Position numbers and translations under genes: made by a program
Notes under the pieces: model-generated
The model's database searches: none
The model's input: the letters and a program-made list of their open reading frames with translations, nothing else
Told to the model about the DNA's origin: nothing
In this document: positions 8,378 to 16,958 of the stretch, piece by piece
Position numbering within the stretch: the stretch's first letter is position 1
How the letters are laid out: every line of letters starts with the position of its first letter
Assembly: GCA_049512315.1 (NCBI GenBank)
Contig: JBEKXF010000013.1
Span: forward strand, 1-64,000
DNA: 64,000 bases
Source of the DNA: Candidatus Aminicenantales bacterium
Lineage (GTDB): Bacteria; Acidobacteriota; Aminicenantia; Aminicenantales; Saccharicenantaceae
Reading direction: 5' to 3'

Positions 8378-9676
8378 ATGACCAACCATGAACCCGGTCC
8401 CGCTCCCGCCACGGCGCCCGTCCGTCACTACGGGATGGTCGCTCTCATCTTCCTGACCTTCTTCGTCATCTCGCTGGTGACCAATGTCATCAGCGCCATC
8501 AATCCCGACGTCGGCCAGAGTTTTAACCTCAGCCTGACGCTGGTCGGCCTTCTGGCCTTTTCCTTCTTCATCGCGTACGGAGTCATGTCCATCCCGGCCG
8601 GCATGCTCCTCGAGAGATTCCGGGAGAAGCCGGTCATGATCGCCGCGTTCTCGCTGGCCGTCGCCGGGGCCTTGCTGATCTCCCTCATTCCCAGCTACCC
8701 GATCTTTCTGCTCTCGCTGTTCTTGATCGGAGCCGGCATGGCCGCCCTCCAGGTGGCCATCAACCCCCTTCTGCGCGTCTCGGGTGGCGAGGAGCATTTC
8801 GCCTTCAACTCGGTCATGGCCCAGCTCATCTTCGGCAGCGCCTCCTTCCTGAGTCCGTTCATCTACTCCTATTTCGTCCGGAACATCGGCCAGGCCGGCG
8901 GCGAGGGCAAGCCCCTCATCGGACTGATGTCGAAGCTCGTCCCGGCCAACCTGCCCTGGGTTTCCGTCTATTGGGTCTTTGCCGTCATTCTCTTCGCCAT
9001 GGTCGTGGTGTTGGCCGCCGTCAGGTTCCCGCCCGTTATCAAGAAGGAGGAGGAGCGGGCCGGCGCCTGGGCAACCCACAAAGCGCTTTTCAAGAACAAG
9101 GTCGTCCTCCTCTACTTCCTCGGGATCTTCACCTATGTCGGGACGGAGCAAGGCGTTTCGTTCTGGATCTCCAAGTTCCTCAAGATCTACCACGGCTACG
9201 ATCCCCAGACGGTCGGCGCCAAGAGGGTCGCTCTGTTTTGGCTCCTGATGACCGTCGGCGGCGTGCTCGGTCTCGTCCTGCTCAAGCTCTTCGACAGCCG
9301 GAAGGTCCTGGTCGGGTTCGCCGTCGCGGCGATCGTCTTTCTGAGCCTGGCCCTCTTCGGGCCGGGGCCTCTGGCCCTGGTGATGTTCCCTCTCATGGGC
9401 TTCGCCGCCTCGGTCATGTGGCCGATCATTTTCTCCCTCGCCCTGAACTCCGTCTCGAGCCACCACGGCTCCTTCTCCGGGATCCTTTGCACCGGTATCA
9501 TCGGCGGGGCGCTCGTGCCCCTCATCATCGGCCGCTTAGGGGACGCGTTCGGCCTCCGCCAGGGCATGCTCTTCCTCTACCTGACCCTGGGTTACATCCT
9601 GAGCATCGGACTCTGGGCCAAACCGATCATTCTGAACGAGACGATCTTCCGGAAAAAGAAACAGGAGGCCGCATGA
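8378..9676 (+). CDS. MFS sugar transporter, FucP/GluP (fucose/glucose-galactose permease) family
   Basis: About 12 hydrophobic segments; LQVAINP, YVGTEQG, SVMWPIIFSLAL motifs. Confidence 0.85.
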   Translation: MTNHEPGPAPATAPVRHYGMVALIFLTFFVISLVTNVISAINPDVGQSFNLSLTLVGLLAFSFFIAYGVMSIPAGMLLERFREKPVMIAAFSLAVAGALLISLIPSYPIFLLSLFLIGAGMAALQVAINPLLRVSGGEEHFAFNSVMAQLIFGSASFLSPFIYSYFVRNIGQAGGEGKPLIGLMSKLVPANLPWVSVYWVFAVILFAMVVVLAAVRFPPVIKKEEERAGAWATHKALFKNKVVLLYFLGIFTYVGTEQGVSFWISKFLKIYHGYDPQTVGAKRVALFWLLMTVGGVLGLVLLKLFDSRKVLVGFAVAAIVFLSLALFGPGPLALVMFPLMGFAASVMWPIIFSLALNSVSSHHGSFSGILCTGIIGGALVPLIIGRLGDAFGLRQGMLFLYLTLGYILSIGLWAKPIILNETIFRKKKQEAA

Positions 9677-10527
9677 GCCGGGACACCGTCATCGGCGTCG
9701 ACCTCGGCGGGACGAACGTCCGGGCCGGCGTCGTCGAGGGCGGCCGTCTCACCGATGTCCGGTCCGTCCCGGTCCGGAGCCAGGGCTCGGAGAGGGACGT
9801 TCTCGAGGACATCTTCAGCGCCATCGACCCGGTCCTGCGGAAGGACGTCGCGGGGATCGGCGCCGGCGTCCCCTCGGTCATCGACCTTAAAAGCGGGGTC
9901 GTCTACGACGTCCAGAACATCCGCTCCTGGAAGAAGGTCCCGCTCAAGGCCTATCTCGAGGAGCGCTATCATCTTCCCGCCTACGTCAATAACGACGCCA
10001 ACTGCTTCGCCGTCGGCGAAAAGTATTTCGGCAAGGCGAAGCCCTACGATCACGCGGTCGGCCTGATCGTCGGGACCGGGCTGGGGGCCGGGGTCATCGC
10101 CAACGGAAAGCTGTATTCCGGGACGAACTGCGGGGCGGGCGAGTTCGGCATGCTCCCCTACCTCGACCGGAACCTCGAGGCGTATGCGAGCGGTCAGTTC
10201 TTCGAGCGCGTTCACGGCGTCACGGGCCGGGAGCTCGCCGGGCGGGCGGAGCACGGCGACAAGCGGGCCCTCGATATCTTCGCGGAATTCGGGGCCCACC
10301 TCGGGGAGGTCATTAAGGCCATCTGCTACGCCGTCGACCCCGAGGCCATTGTCCTGGGCGGGTCGGTCAGCAAGTCCTTCCGCTTCTTCCGCCAGACAAT
10401 GGGAGCCGCGTTCCAGACCTTCGCCTATGCCATCACCAAGGAACGGCTGAAGGTCGAGGTTTCGGAGACCGAAAACATCGCCATCCTCGGCGCCGCCGCC
10501 CTCTACTACGATGCTTTGGCGAAATAG
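9673..10527 (+). CDS. ROK family sugar kinase (glucokinase-like)
   Basis: GVDLGGT, VNNDANC, GTGLGAG, GEFG, LEAYASG, ILGAA; ATGA overlap with MFS stop. Confidence 0.88.
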   Translation: MSRDTVIGVDLGGTNVRAGVVEGGRLTDVRSVPVRSQGSERDVLEDIFSAIDPVLRKDVAGIGAGVPSVIDLKSGVVYDVQNIRSWKKVPLKAYLEERYHLPAYVNNDANCFAVGEKYFGKAKPYDHAVGLIVGTGLGAGVIANGKLYSGTNCGAGEFGMLPYLDRNLEAYASGQFFERVHGVTGRELAGRAEHGDKRALDIFAEFGAHLGEVIKAICYAVDPEAIVLGGSVSKSFRFFRQTMGAAFQTFAYAITKERLKVEVSETENIAILGAAALYYDALAK

Positions 10528-10617
10528 GGCGTTTCCTTTTTTTGCTTTGTTGACAGCCTTCCGGCGGGCAGGCATCTTATGTCATCCATCATAGCTCTTA
10601 TACAAGGAAAGATGAAC

Positions 10618-11505
10618 ATGATCAGAAATCATAAAAATGTTTATCGGACGGCCGCAGGGGCCGCGACGCTTGGGCTGCTGCCCCTCCTGGCCATGGGACC
10701 GGCCCCCGTCCGCGGCGAGGAAAGCCCAAAAAGGCTCGTCGGCGCCTGGAAGGCCACGGCCGAGCTGAGCTACGTCGTGACCGGAGGCAACACGTCCACC
10801 TCGGCCTTCAGCCTCGGGACCACCTTCAAGCGGAACTGGGAGAAAGACGCCCTGACCATCAAGGGCTTCGCCCTGAGCAGTCATGACACGACCGTGACGA
10901 GATCGGCCGTCGGGACGGAGACGGATTTCAACGTCATCGAGCTGAAAACCAAGCGCCTGGTGGCCGAAAATTTCATCGTCGCGGCCCAGTACGACCACAA
11001 CTTGTCGAAGAAGGTCGTGGCCCAGTTCGGCCTCGGCTGGGACCGCAACCGCTTCGCGGGCGTCGCCAGCCGGGCCATCCTCAGCGCGGGCGCGGGCTAC
11101 GCCTGGGTCGAGACCAAGCGGACCCTGTTCAAGACGGACGGCGGCTTGACATACACCATGCGCAAATACTTCGGCCAGTCGGCGTCCTCGTTCGCCGGCT
11201 TCCGGGGGATCGCCACCTTCGAGCAAAAGATCCTGGAGACGTCCTCATTCGCAAGCCAGTTCATCTTCGACGAAAACCTGAAGAGGACGGTCGATTGGCG
11301 CTACGACTGGACGAATTCCGTGACCGCCTCGATCTCCAAGTCCCTGGCCCTCAAGACGAGCCTGCGGATTCTCTACGCCCATCTGCCGGCCGACGAGGCC
11401 GTGCCGCTCTTCGACCTTGACGGACTCCCGACGGGTCTGACCGTCCCGGTGCCCTTGAATAAGGTTGACACTTTCTTCACGACTTCGATCGTCATCAACT
11501 TTTAA
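10618..11505 (+). CDS. DUF481 family outer-membrane beta-barrel protein
   Basis: Signal-like N-terminus; ELSYVVTGGNT, WDRNRFAG; amphipathic strands; C-terminal Phe. Start could also be 10612. Confidence 0.7.
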   Translation: MIRNHKNVYRTAAGAATLGLLPLLAMGPAPVRGEESPKRLVGAWKATAELSYVVTGGNTSTSAFSLGTTFKRNWEKDALTIKGFALSSHDTTVTRSAVGTETDFNVIELKTKRLVAENFIVAAQYDHNLSKKVVAQFGLGWDRNRFAGVASRAILSAGAGYAWVETKRTLFKTDGGLTYTMRKYFGQSASSFAGFRGIATFEQKILETSSFASQFIFDENLKRTVDWRYDWTNSVTASISKSLALKTSLRILYAHLPADEAVPLFDLDGLPTGLTVPVPLNKVDTFFTTSIVINF

Positions 11506-11510
11506 ATTAA

Positions 11511-11579
11511 CGGTGACACACAACTAAATACCTTAATTAGGGACCCGTGCCTATTTCGGTAATGAGTTGTGTGTCACCG
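11511..11579. repeat. AT-rich long inverted repeat (REP/REPIN- or MITE-like hairpin)
   Basis: CGGTGACACACAACT (11511-11525) is the exact reverse complement of AGTTGTGTGTCACCG (11565-11579); extends to 22 bp with 2 mismatches; inner TAGG/CCTA. Confidence 0.8.
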
Positions 11580-11669
11580 AAATTGACCGGGCCCCATTTT
11601 CCCAGTAGAATAGTCGAGAATGAGACCCGCCGGAATGGGGAATGGCAGCGCCTCGAGGAGGGGATGCCT

Positions 11670-12101
11670 ATGAAAAAGAGATACTGGCGCTGCTTTGTCT
11701 GCAACGACATCCACTACGGGGTCGCCCCGCCTGAGCTCTGCCCGACCTGCAAGGTCCTGAACGCTTACGTGGAGATCACGGCGGAGGAGGCGCGGAAGAT
11801 CCTGGGCGGAGGGCCCGACACCGCTTTCGCGCCGGTCGATTTCCGGCAGGCCATCGAACGTTTCGCCACCGGAAACGAGTTCATGGTCAACCCCGACGGG
11901 GACAAGGTCGAAACCCTGCTCCGGGGGATCTTCGAGAACGAGAAGAACCACGGCTTCAAGTATTGCCCCTGCCGCCTGCGGACGAAGGACTGGGATGAGG
12001 ACTTGAAGCTCGTCTGCCCCTGCAACTTCACGATCCACGAGACGTACCGGGGAGTGAAGGACGGCGAATGCTGGTGCGGACTCTTCGTCAGGAGGAAATA
12101 A
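11670..12101 (+). CDS. Ferredoxin:thioredoxin reductase catalytic subunit with N-terminal rubredoxin-like domain
   Basis: N-terminal WRCFVC...PPELCPTC (CxxC...CxxC); C-terminal YCPCR...VCPC...GECWCGLF, the FTR-c CPC/CPC/CxC pattern. Confidence 0.88.
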   Translation: MKKRYWRCFVCNDIHYGVAPPELCPTCKVLNAYVEITAEEARKILGGGPDTAFAPVDFRQAIERFATGNEFMVNPDGDKVETLLRGIFENEKNHGFKYCPCRLRTKDWDEDLKLVCPCNFTIHETYRGVKDGECWCGLFVRRK

Positions 12102-12382
12102 TGGCAAGACTGCTCATGTTCCACGGGAGGGAATGTCCGCACTGCAAGAAGATGATGCCCGCCGTCGAGAAGCTCGAACAGGAGACCGGCGTCCGTTTCG
12201 AGAAGCACGAGGTTTGGCACGACGAGAAGAGCGCCGACCTGATGCGGTCCTACAAACCCGTCATCACGCCCAAGTGCGGCGGCCAGCTCAGGGTCCCGAC
12301 CTTTCTCAACGCCGAGACAAACGACGTCATCTGCGGTGAGGTCGAGTACGACAAGCTCAAGGCCTGGGTCGAGAAAAAATAA
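12101..12382 (+). CDS. Thioredoxin/glutaredoxin-like protein
   Basis: ECPHC active site, cis-Pro motif VPTF, extra Cys in KCGG and ICGE; TAATG overlap with FTR gene; SD GGAGG. Confidence 0.88.
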   Translation: MARLLMFHGRECPHCKKMMPAVEKLEQETGVRFEKHEVWHDEKSADLMRSYKPVITPKCGGQLRVPTFLNAETNDVICGEVEYDKLKAWVEKK

Positions 12383-12458
12383 CCCGGAGATCTGAGGCCG
12401 GACCCCGAGGGGGTCGCCGGCGGAAATCGAGCGGAGAATCACGGGAGGGGGTAATCCG

Positions 12459-13538
12459 ATGATCGAAAGCTTCGACCCGCTCAAGGGCGAACGGCTCCAG
12501 ATCCTTGACGAGGCGGGCAGGGTCCGGCCGGACCTCGAGCCCGCGATCGATCGCGAATCCCTTCGAAAAATGTATATCCAAATGGCAACGGCCCGGGCCG
12601 CCGACACCAAGGCCCTTAAACTCCAGCGCCAGGGGCGGCTCGGGACTTTCGCCTCCAGCCGGGGTCACGAGGCCTGCCAGGTCGGCGTTGCTTCGGCCAT
12701 GCAAGGTCCGGACTGGCTCTTCCCTTACTTCCGAGACCTGGGGATGTACATCACCCTGGGCTACCCTCTTCAGGACTATTTTCACTACTGGATGGGGAAC
12801 GAAGCCGGGCTCCGGACGCCCGAGGGGCTGAACGTCTATCCCCTTGCCATCCCGGTCGCGTCGCAGATCCTCCACGCCGTCGGCGCCGGGATGGCTGCCA
12901 ACTATCGGAACCTCAAGATCGCCGTGGTCACGACGTTCGGCGACGGGGCGACGTCGGAAGGCGATTTCCACGAGGCCATGAATTTCGCCGGCGTTTTCAA
13001 GACGCCGAACGTCTTTGTCTGCTACAATAATCAGTTTGCGATTTCGGTGCCGCGAAGCCGGCAGACCGCCTCGGCGACGATCGCCCAGAAGGCCTTCGCC
13101 TACGGCTTCCGCGGTGTCCAGGTGGACGGCAACGACATCCTGGCCGTTTACATTGCCACGAAGGAGGCCGCCGAAACCGCGAGGAGCGGCGGGGGGCCGA
13201 CCCTGATCGAGGCCTCTACCTATCGGATGGGCGACCACACGACCTCCGACGACGCCTCCCGATACCGGACCAAGGACGCGGTCCTCGAATGGGAAAAGAA
13301 AGACCCCATCGTCCGGTTCCAGCTCTATTTGAAAAAGAAGGGCTTCTGGAACGAGGCCTACGAAAAAGAGGTCCAGGACCGGGCCTCGGAAGCGGTGGAA
13401 AAGGCCGTGGACGCGGCCGAAGCACGACCGCCCGCCGCCGTCGAGGACCTGTTCGCTTTCGCCTACGCCGCGCTGACCCCGAACCTCAGGGAGCAGTTGG
13501 CCGGCCTCGACGCCTTCCTGAAGGGAGACGCCCGATGA
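12459..13538 (+). CDS. pdhA: 2-oxoacid (pyruvate/branched-chain) dehydrogenase E1 alpha subunit
   Basis: LQRQGRLGT, TPP motif GDGATSEGDFHEAMNFA...NN, YRMGDHTTSDD. Confidence 0.92.
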   Translation: MIESFDPLKGERLQILDEAGRVRPDLEPAIDRESLRKMYIQMATARAADTKALKLQRQGRLGTFASSRGHEACQVGVASAMQGPDWLFPYFRDLGMYITLGYPLQDYFHYWMGNEAGLRTPEGLNVYPLAIPVASQILHAVGAGMAANYRNLKIAVVTTFGDGATSEGDFHEAMNFAGVFKTPNVFVCYNNQFAISVPRSRQTASATIAQKAFAYGFRGVQVDGNDILAVYIATKEAAETARSGGGPTLIEASTYRMGDHTTSDDASRYRTKDAVLEWEKKDPIVRFQLYLKKKGFWNEAYEKEVQDRASEAVEKAVDAAEARPPAAVEDLFAFAYAALTPNLREQLAGLDAFLKGDAR

Positions 13539-14509
13539 TCATGACCATGGTCCAGGCCATCAATCAGGCCCTCGCCCAAGAAATGGCCCGCGATGACCGA
13601 TACCTTATCCTCGGCGAGGACGTCGGCCGCGACGGCGGTGTCTTCCGGGTCACGGAAGGGCTGGTCGACAAGTTCGGACCGGGGCGGGTCATCGACACGC
13701 CCCTCGCCGAATCTGCCGGGGTCGGGGCCGCCATCGGTATGACGGCCCTGGGGTTGAGGCCCATCGTCGAGATCCAATTCATGGGCTTCATCTATCCGGC
13801 CTTCAACCAGATCGTCTCGCATGTCGCCCGCCTCCGGAACCGGACCCGGGGCCGCTTCCCCGTACCGTTGACGATCCGGACGCCCTACGGCGCCGGCGTC
13901 AAGGCCCTCGAGCACCACTCGGAGAGTACGGAAGCGCTGTTCTGCCAGATCCCTGGGCTAACGGTCGTCGTCCCGTCGAACGCTTATGACGCCAAGGGAC
14001 TCCTCATCGCTTCCCTCCGGAGCGAAGACCCCGTCATCTTCCTCGAGCCGACGAAGCTCTACCGGGCCGACAAGCAGGAGGTCCCTGAAGAACCTTATGA
14101 AGTGCCCCTCGGGCAGGCCAAGATCGTCCGGGAGGGCAAGGACCTGACCATCGTCGCCTGGGGAGCGATGGTCCCGGTGGCCCTGAAGGCCGCGGAGAGG
14201 GCGGCGGCGGAAGGGGTGAGCGCGGAGGTCGTCGACCTGCGGACCCTCTCCCCGATGGACCGGGAAACTGTGGTCGCGTCCGTGAAGAAAACCGGCCGGG
14301 CCATCGTCCTTCATGAAGCGCCGAAGACGTGCGGCTTGGGAGCGGAAATTGCAGCTCTGATCGGCGAGCACGCCCTCCTCAGTCTCAGCGCCCCCGTCCT
14401 CCGGGTCACGGCGCCGGACATCACCGTGCCGCTCTCCAAGAGCGAGGACTATTATTACCCGAGCCCGGAGCGGCTGCTCCGCGCGATCCACGAGATCATG
14501 GAGTTCTGA
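13535..14509 (+). CDS. pdhB: 2-oxoacid dehydrogenase E1 beta subunit
   Basis: GEDVGRDGGVFRVT, DTPLAES, EIQFMGF, HHSES, VVDLRTL; ATGA overlap. Confidence 0.92.
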   Translation: MIMTMVQAINQALAQEMARDDRYLILGEDVGRDGGVFRVTEGLVDKFGPGRVIDTPLAESAGVGAAIGMTALGLRPIVEIQFMGFIYPAFNQIVSHVARLRNRTRGRFPVPLTIRTPYGAGVKALEHHSESTEALFCQIPGLTVVVPSNAYDAKGLLIASLRSEDPVIFLEPTKLYRADKQEVPEEPYEVPLGQAKIVREGKDLTIVAWGAMVPVALKAAERAAAEGVSAEVVDLRTLSPMDRETVVASVKKTGRAIVLHEAPKTCGLGAEIAALIGEHALLSLSAPVLRVTAPDITVPLSKSEDYYYPSPERLLRAIHEIMEF

Positions 14510-14511
14510 AC

Positions 14512-15756
14512 ATGGCCAAACAGTTCCGGTTCCCCGACGTCGGGGAGGGCATCACGGAAGGCGAGATCGTCCGCTGGCTGGTGAAAGAGGGAGACGAGGT
14601 CAAGGCGGACCAGGCGCTGGCCGAAGTCGAGACGGACAAGGCCATCGTCGAAATGCCCTCGCCGTACTCGGGGACGATCCTCAAGCTCCATTTCAAGGAA
14701 AAGGACATCGTCAAGGTCGGACAGGTCCTGGTGACGGTCGGTGAAAAGGGCGAGGCCGTGCCCGAGGCGGGGGTGCCGGCCGAAAAGGTGGCCGCCCTGC
14801 AGACCGGAGCGGCTCCCGCGTCGGTTGCGGCAGCAGCTCCGGCCTCGGCCTCCGCCGCGGCGCCGCTGGGAGGCCCAGCCCAGGCCACACCAAAGGTTCG
14901 GAAGTTCGCCCAAGAGCTGGGCATCGCCCTCGCAACGATCCAGGGCACGGGCCCCGGCGGCCGGATCACCGAAGACGACGTGCGGTCGGCCAAGGAGAAG
15001 CCCGCCGAAAAAAAACTCGAGATCAAGGTCAAGGCGAAATACGACCTCTACGGTAACGTGGAACGGATCCCGCTCCGCGGCGTCCGCCGGGCCACGGCCA
15101 GGCACATGCGGGAATCGCTGGACAAGGCCGCCCACGTGACGCATTGCGACGAGGCGGAGGCCGCGAAGCTGGCCGCGCTTCGCGAGAAGATGAAGGCGGA
15201 GGCCGAGGCCAGGGGGATCAAGCTGAGCTATCTCCCCTTCGTCGTCAAAGCCGTCATCGAAGCCCTCAAGCTGCACCCGACCCTCAACTCGATGCTCAAC
15301 GAGGAGGCAGAGGAGATCATCGTCAGGAAATACTACAATATCGGAATCGCGGTCGACATCCCCGACGGCCTGATCGTTCCCGTGCTCAAGATGGCCGACC
15401 AGAAGTCGGTCCTCGAGATCGCCGAGGAGATCCAGAACCTAGCCAGGGCGGCCCGGGAGCGGGCCCTCGACCTGGCCGATCTCAAGGGCGGAACCTTCTC
15501 CATCACCAACGTCGGCGTCATCGGCGGCACCGCCGCGACCCCCATCATCAATTATCCCGAGGTGGCCATCCTGGCCACGATGAAGATCGATGACCGGGCC
15601 AGGGTCGAGAACGGCGTCGTGGTCGTGAAAAAGACGCTGCCCCTATGCCTCTCCTTTGACCACCGGGTCATCGACGGGGCCGAGGCGGCGCGGTTTATGA
15701 AAGACCTCATCCGCTTCCTGGAGGAGCCGGAAAAACTGCCGCTCGCCGGCGAGTGA
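14512..15756 (+). CDS. pdhC: Dihydrolipoamide acyltransferase E2
   Basis: One lipoyl domain (EVETDKA), Ala/Pro-rich linker, peripheral-subunit-binding domain (ATPKVRKFA...GTGPGGRI), catalytic DHRVIDG. Confidence 0.92.
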   Translation: MAKQFRFPDVGEGITEGEIVRWLVKEGDEVKADQALAEVETDKAIVEMPSPYSGTILKLHFKEKDIVKVGQVLVTVGEKGEAVPEAGVPAEKVAALQTGAAPASVAAAAPASASAAAPLGGPAQATPKVRKFAQELGIALATIQGTGPGGRITEDDVRSAKEKPAEKKLEIKVKAKYDLYGNVERIPLRGVRRATARHMRESLDKAAHVTHCDEAEAAKLAALREKMKAEAEARGIKLSYLPFVVKAVIEALKLHPTLNSMLNEEAEEIIVRKYYNIGIAVDIPDGLIVPVLKMADQKSVLEIAEEIQNLARAARERALDLADLKGGTFSITNVGVIGGTAATPIINYPEVAILATMKIDDRARVENGVVVVKKTLPLCLSFDHRVIDGAEAARFMKDLIRFLEEPEKLPLAGE

Positions 15757-15779
15757 TCCGCTGGCCCGCCGGGCGGCCG

Positions 15780-16844
15780 TCAATGATGATGCCGGTGATG
15801 CGTGTCCGGCCAATGGCCGTGGACGTGGTCGGTCGCCTCGTGGACGTGCTCGTGGGCATGAGGCTCGTGGACCGGGCCCTCGTGCGCGTGAAGGTGATGC
15901 AGGTCCCCATGACCGTGCGAATGCGTGTGGACGGTCCGTTCATGCCGGTGGCCGTGAACGTGCCTCTCGGAGACGATCAGGGCAACGGCGATCACCATCA
16001 GCAATCCGGCCGCGGACATCGGCCAGCGGAGAGAGTCCTTTAATAACACAAGAGAGGCCAACGATCCGACGAACGGTCCGAGGCTGAAGAGAGCCCCGGT
16101 CCGGAAGGCCCCGAGCCTCTTGAGGGCCCGGATGAAAAGGACAAGGCTCAGGCCATAACAGAAGGCGCCGATGAGCAAGCCGTAGGCGGCCGCGGGCGCG
16201 GGCCGGAATCCTCGCCCTAAAAGAAAGGCGGCCGAGGTCGAAACGGCCCCGGCGACGAGGCCCTTGATCCTGGCGATCTCAACCGGGTCCTTGTCGGAGA
16301 TCTGGCGGGTCAGGTTGTTGTCGATCCCCCAGCCGATCATGGCCAAGATGACGAGGACCGGCCCCTCGGGCGAGAATCGGCCGCCGCCGGGATTCCAGGA
16401 GAGGATAACCCCGGCGGCCGTCATGAGCGTGAGGGAGAGCCAGACCCTTTTCCCGGCATTTTCCTTGAAAAGGAGAACAGCGATGAGGGCCGTGGCCAAA
16501 CCCTCGAAATTCAAGAGAAGTGAGGCGGAGAAGCCGGTGATGCGGCTCAGCCCGGCCATCAGGCAGATCGGCCCCATTACGCCGCCGGCCAGAATCGCGC
16601 CGGCGAGCCAAGGCAGGTCCCTCTTCTCGAGGCGAGCTTCCCGACAATCTCGAGCGCCCCGCCGGCCGCGCCCTGCCGCCCTCGACGCCCACGCATAAAG
16701 CGTGAGCCCGAGGAAAACCCCGAGGTAAAGAAGACCGGCCAGGGCGACCGGCGGAACCTCCCCGAGGAGCGCTTTGGCCAAGGGCGTGCTGAGCCCGAAG
16801 AGCGCCGCCGCGAGGAGGACGGAAACGACCGGATTCAGGCGCAT
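15780..16844 (-). CDS. DMT/EamA family transporter with His-rich C-terminal tail
   Basis: About 10 TM segments, SLLLNFE, WGIDNNLTR; final 60 aa contain 25 His; SD GGAGG before ATG 16844. Confidence 0.85.
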   Translation of the reverse strand: MRLNPVVSVLLAAALFGLSTPLAKALLGEVPPVALAGLLYLGVFLGLTLYAWASRAAGRGRRGARDCREARLEKRDLPWLAGAILAGGVMGPICLMAGLSRITGFSASLLLNFEGLATALIAVLLFKENAGKRVWLSLTLMTAAGVILSWNPGGGRFSPEGPVLVILAMIGWGIDNNLTRQISDKDPVEIARIKGLVAGAVSTSAAFLLGRGFRPAPAAAYGLLIGAFCYGLSLVLFIRALKRLGAFRTGALFSLGPFVGSLASLVLLKDSLRWPMSAAGLLMVIAVALIVSERHVHGHRHERTVHTHSHGHGDLHHLHAHEGPVHEPHAHEHVHEATDHVHGHWPDTHHRHHH

Positions 16845-16929
16845 GGTCCGCCCTCCGATTATAATTCCGTCCGCTCTCAACGCTCAAGCATAAAAGAGGG
16901 GGCGGCCCCCCGGAACCGGACCGTTCCTC

Positions 16930-16958
16930 TTGAGGCCGGACCGGCTTTCGGGTATAAT
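16930..16958 (+). promoter_or_regulatory. Putative sigma70 promoter for fusA
   Basis: TTGAGG (16930-16935), 17 bp, TATAAT (16953-16958). Confidence 0.55.

Noticed and set aside
11670..12382. Selenocysteine recoding in the redox genes
   Set aside because: All motif positions are Cys codons and both genes end in TAA.
15753..16043. Met/Val-rich 96-aa ORF after E2 as a possible operon member
   Set aside because: It is the antisense reading of the His-codon tail of the EamA gene (CAT/CAC read as ATG/GTG).
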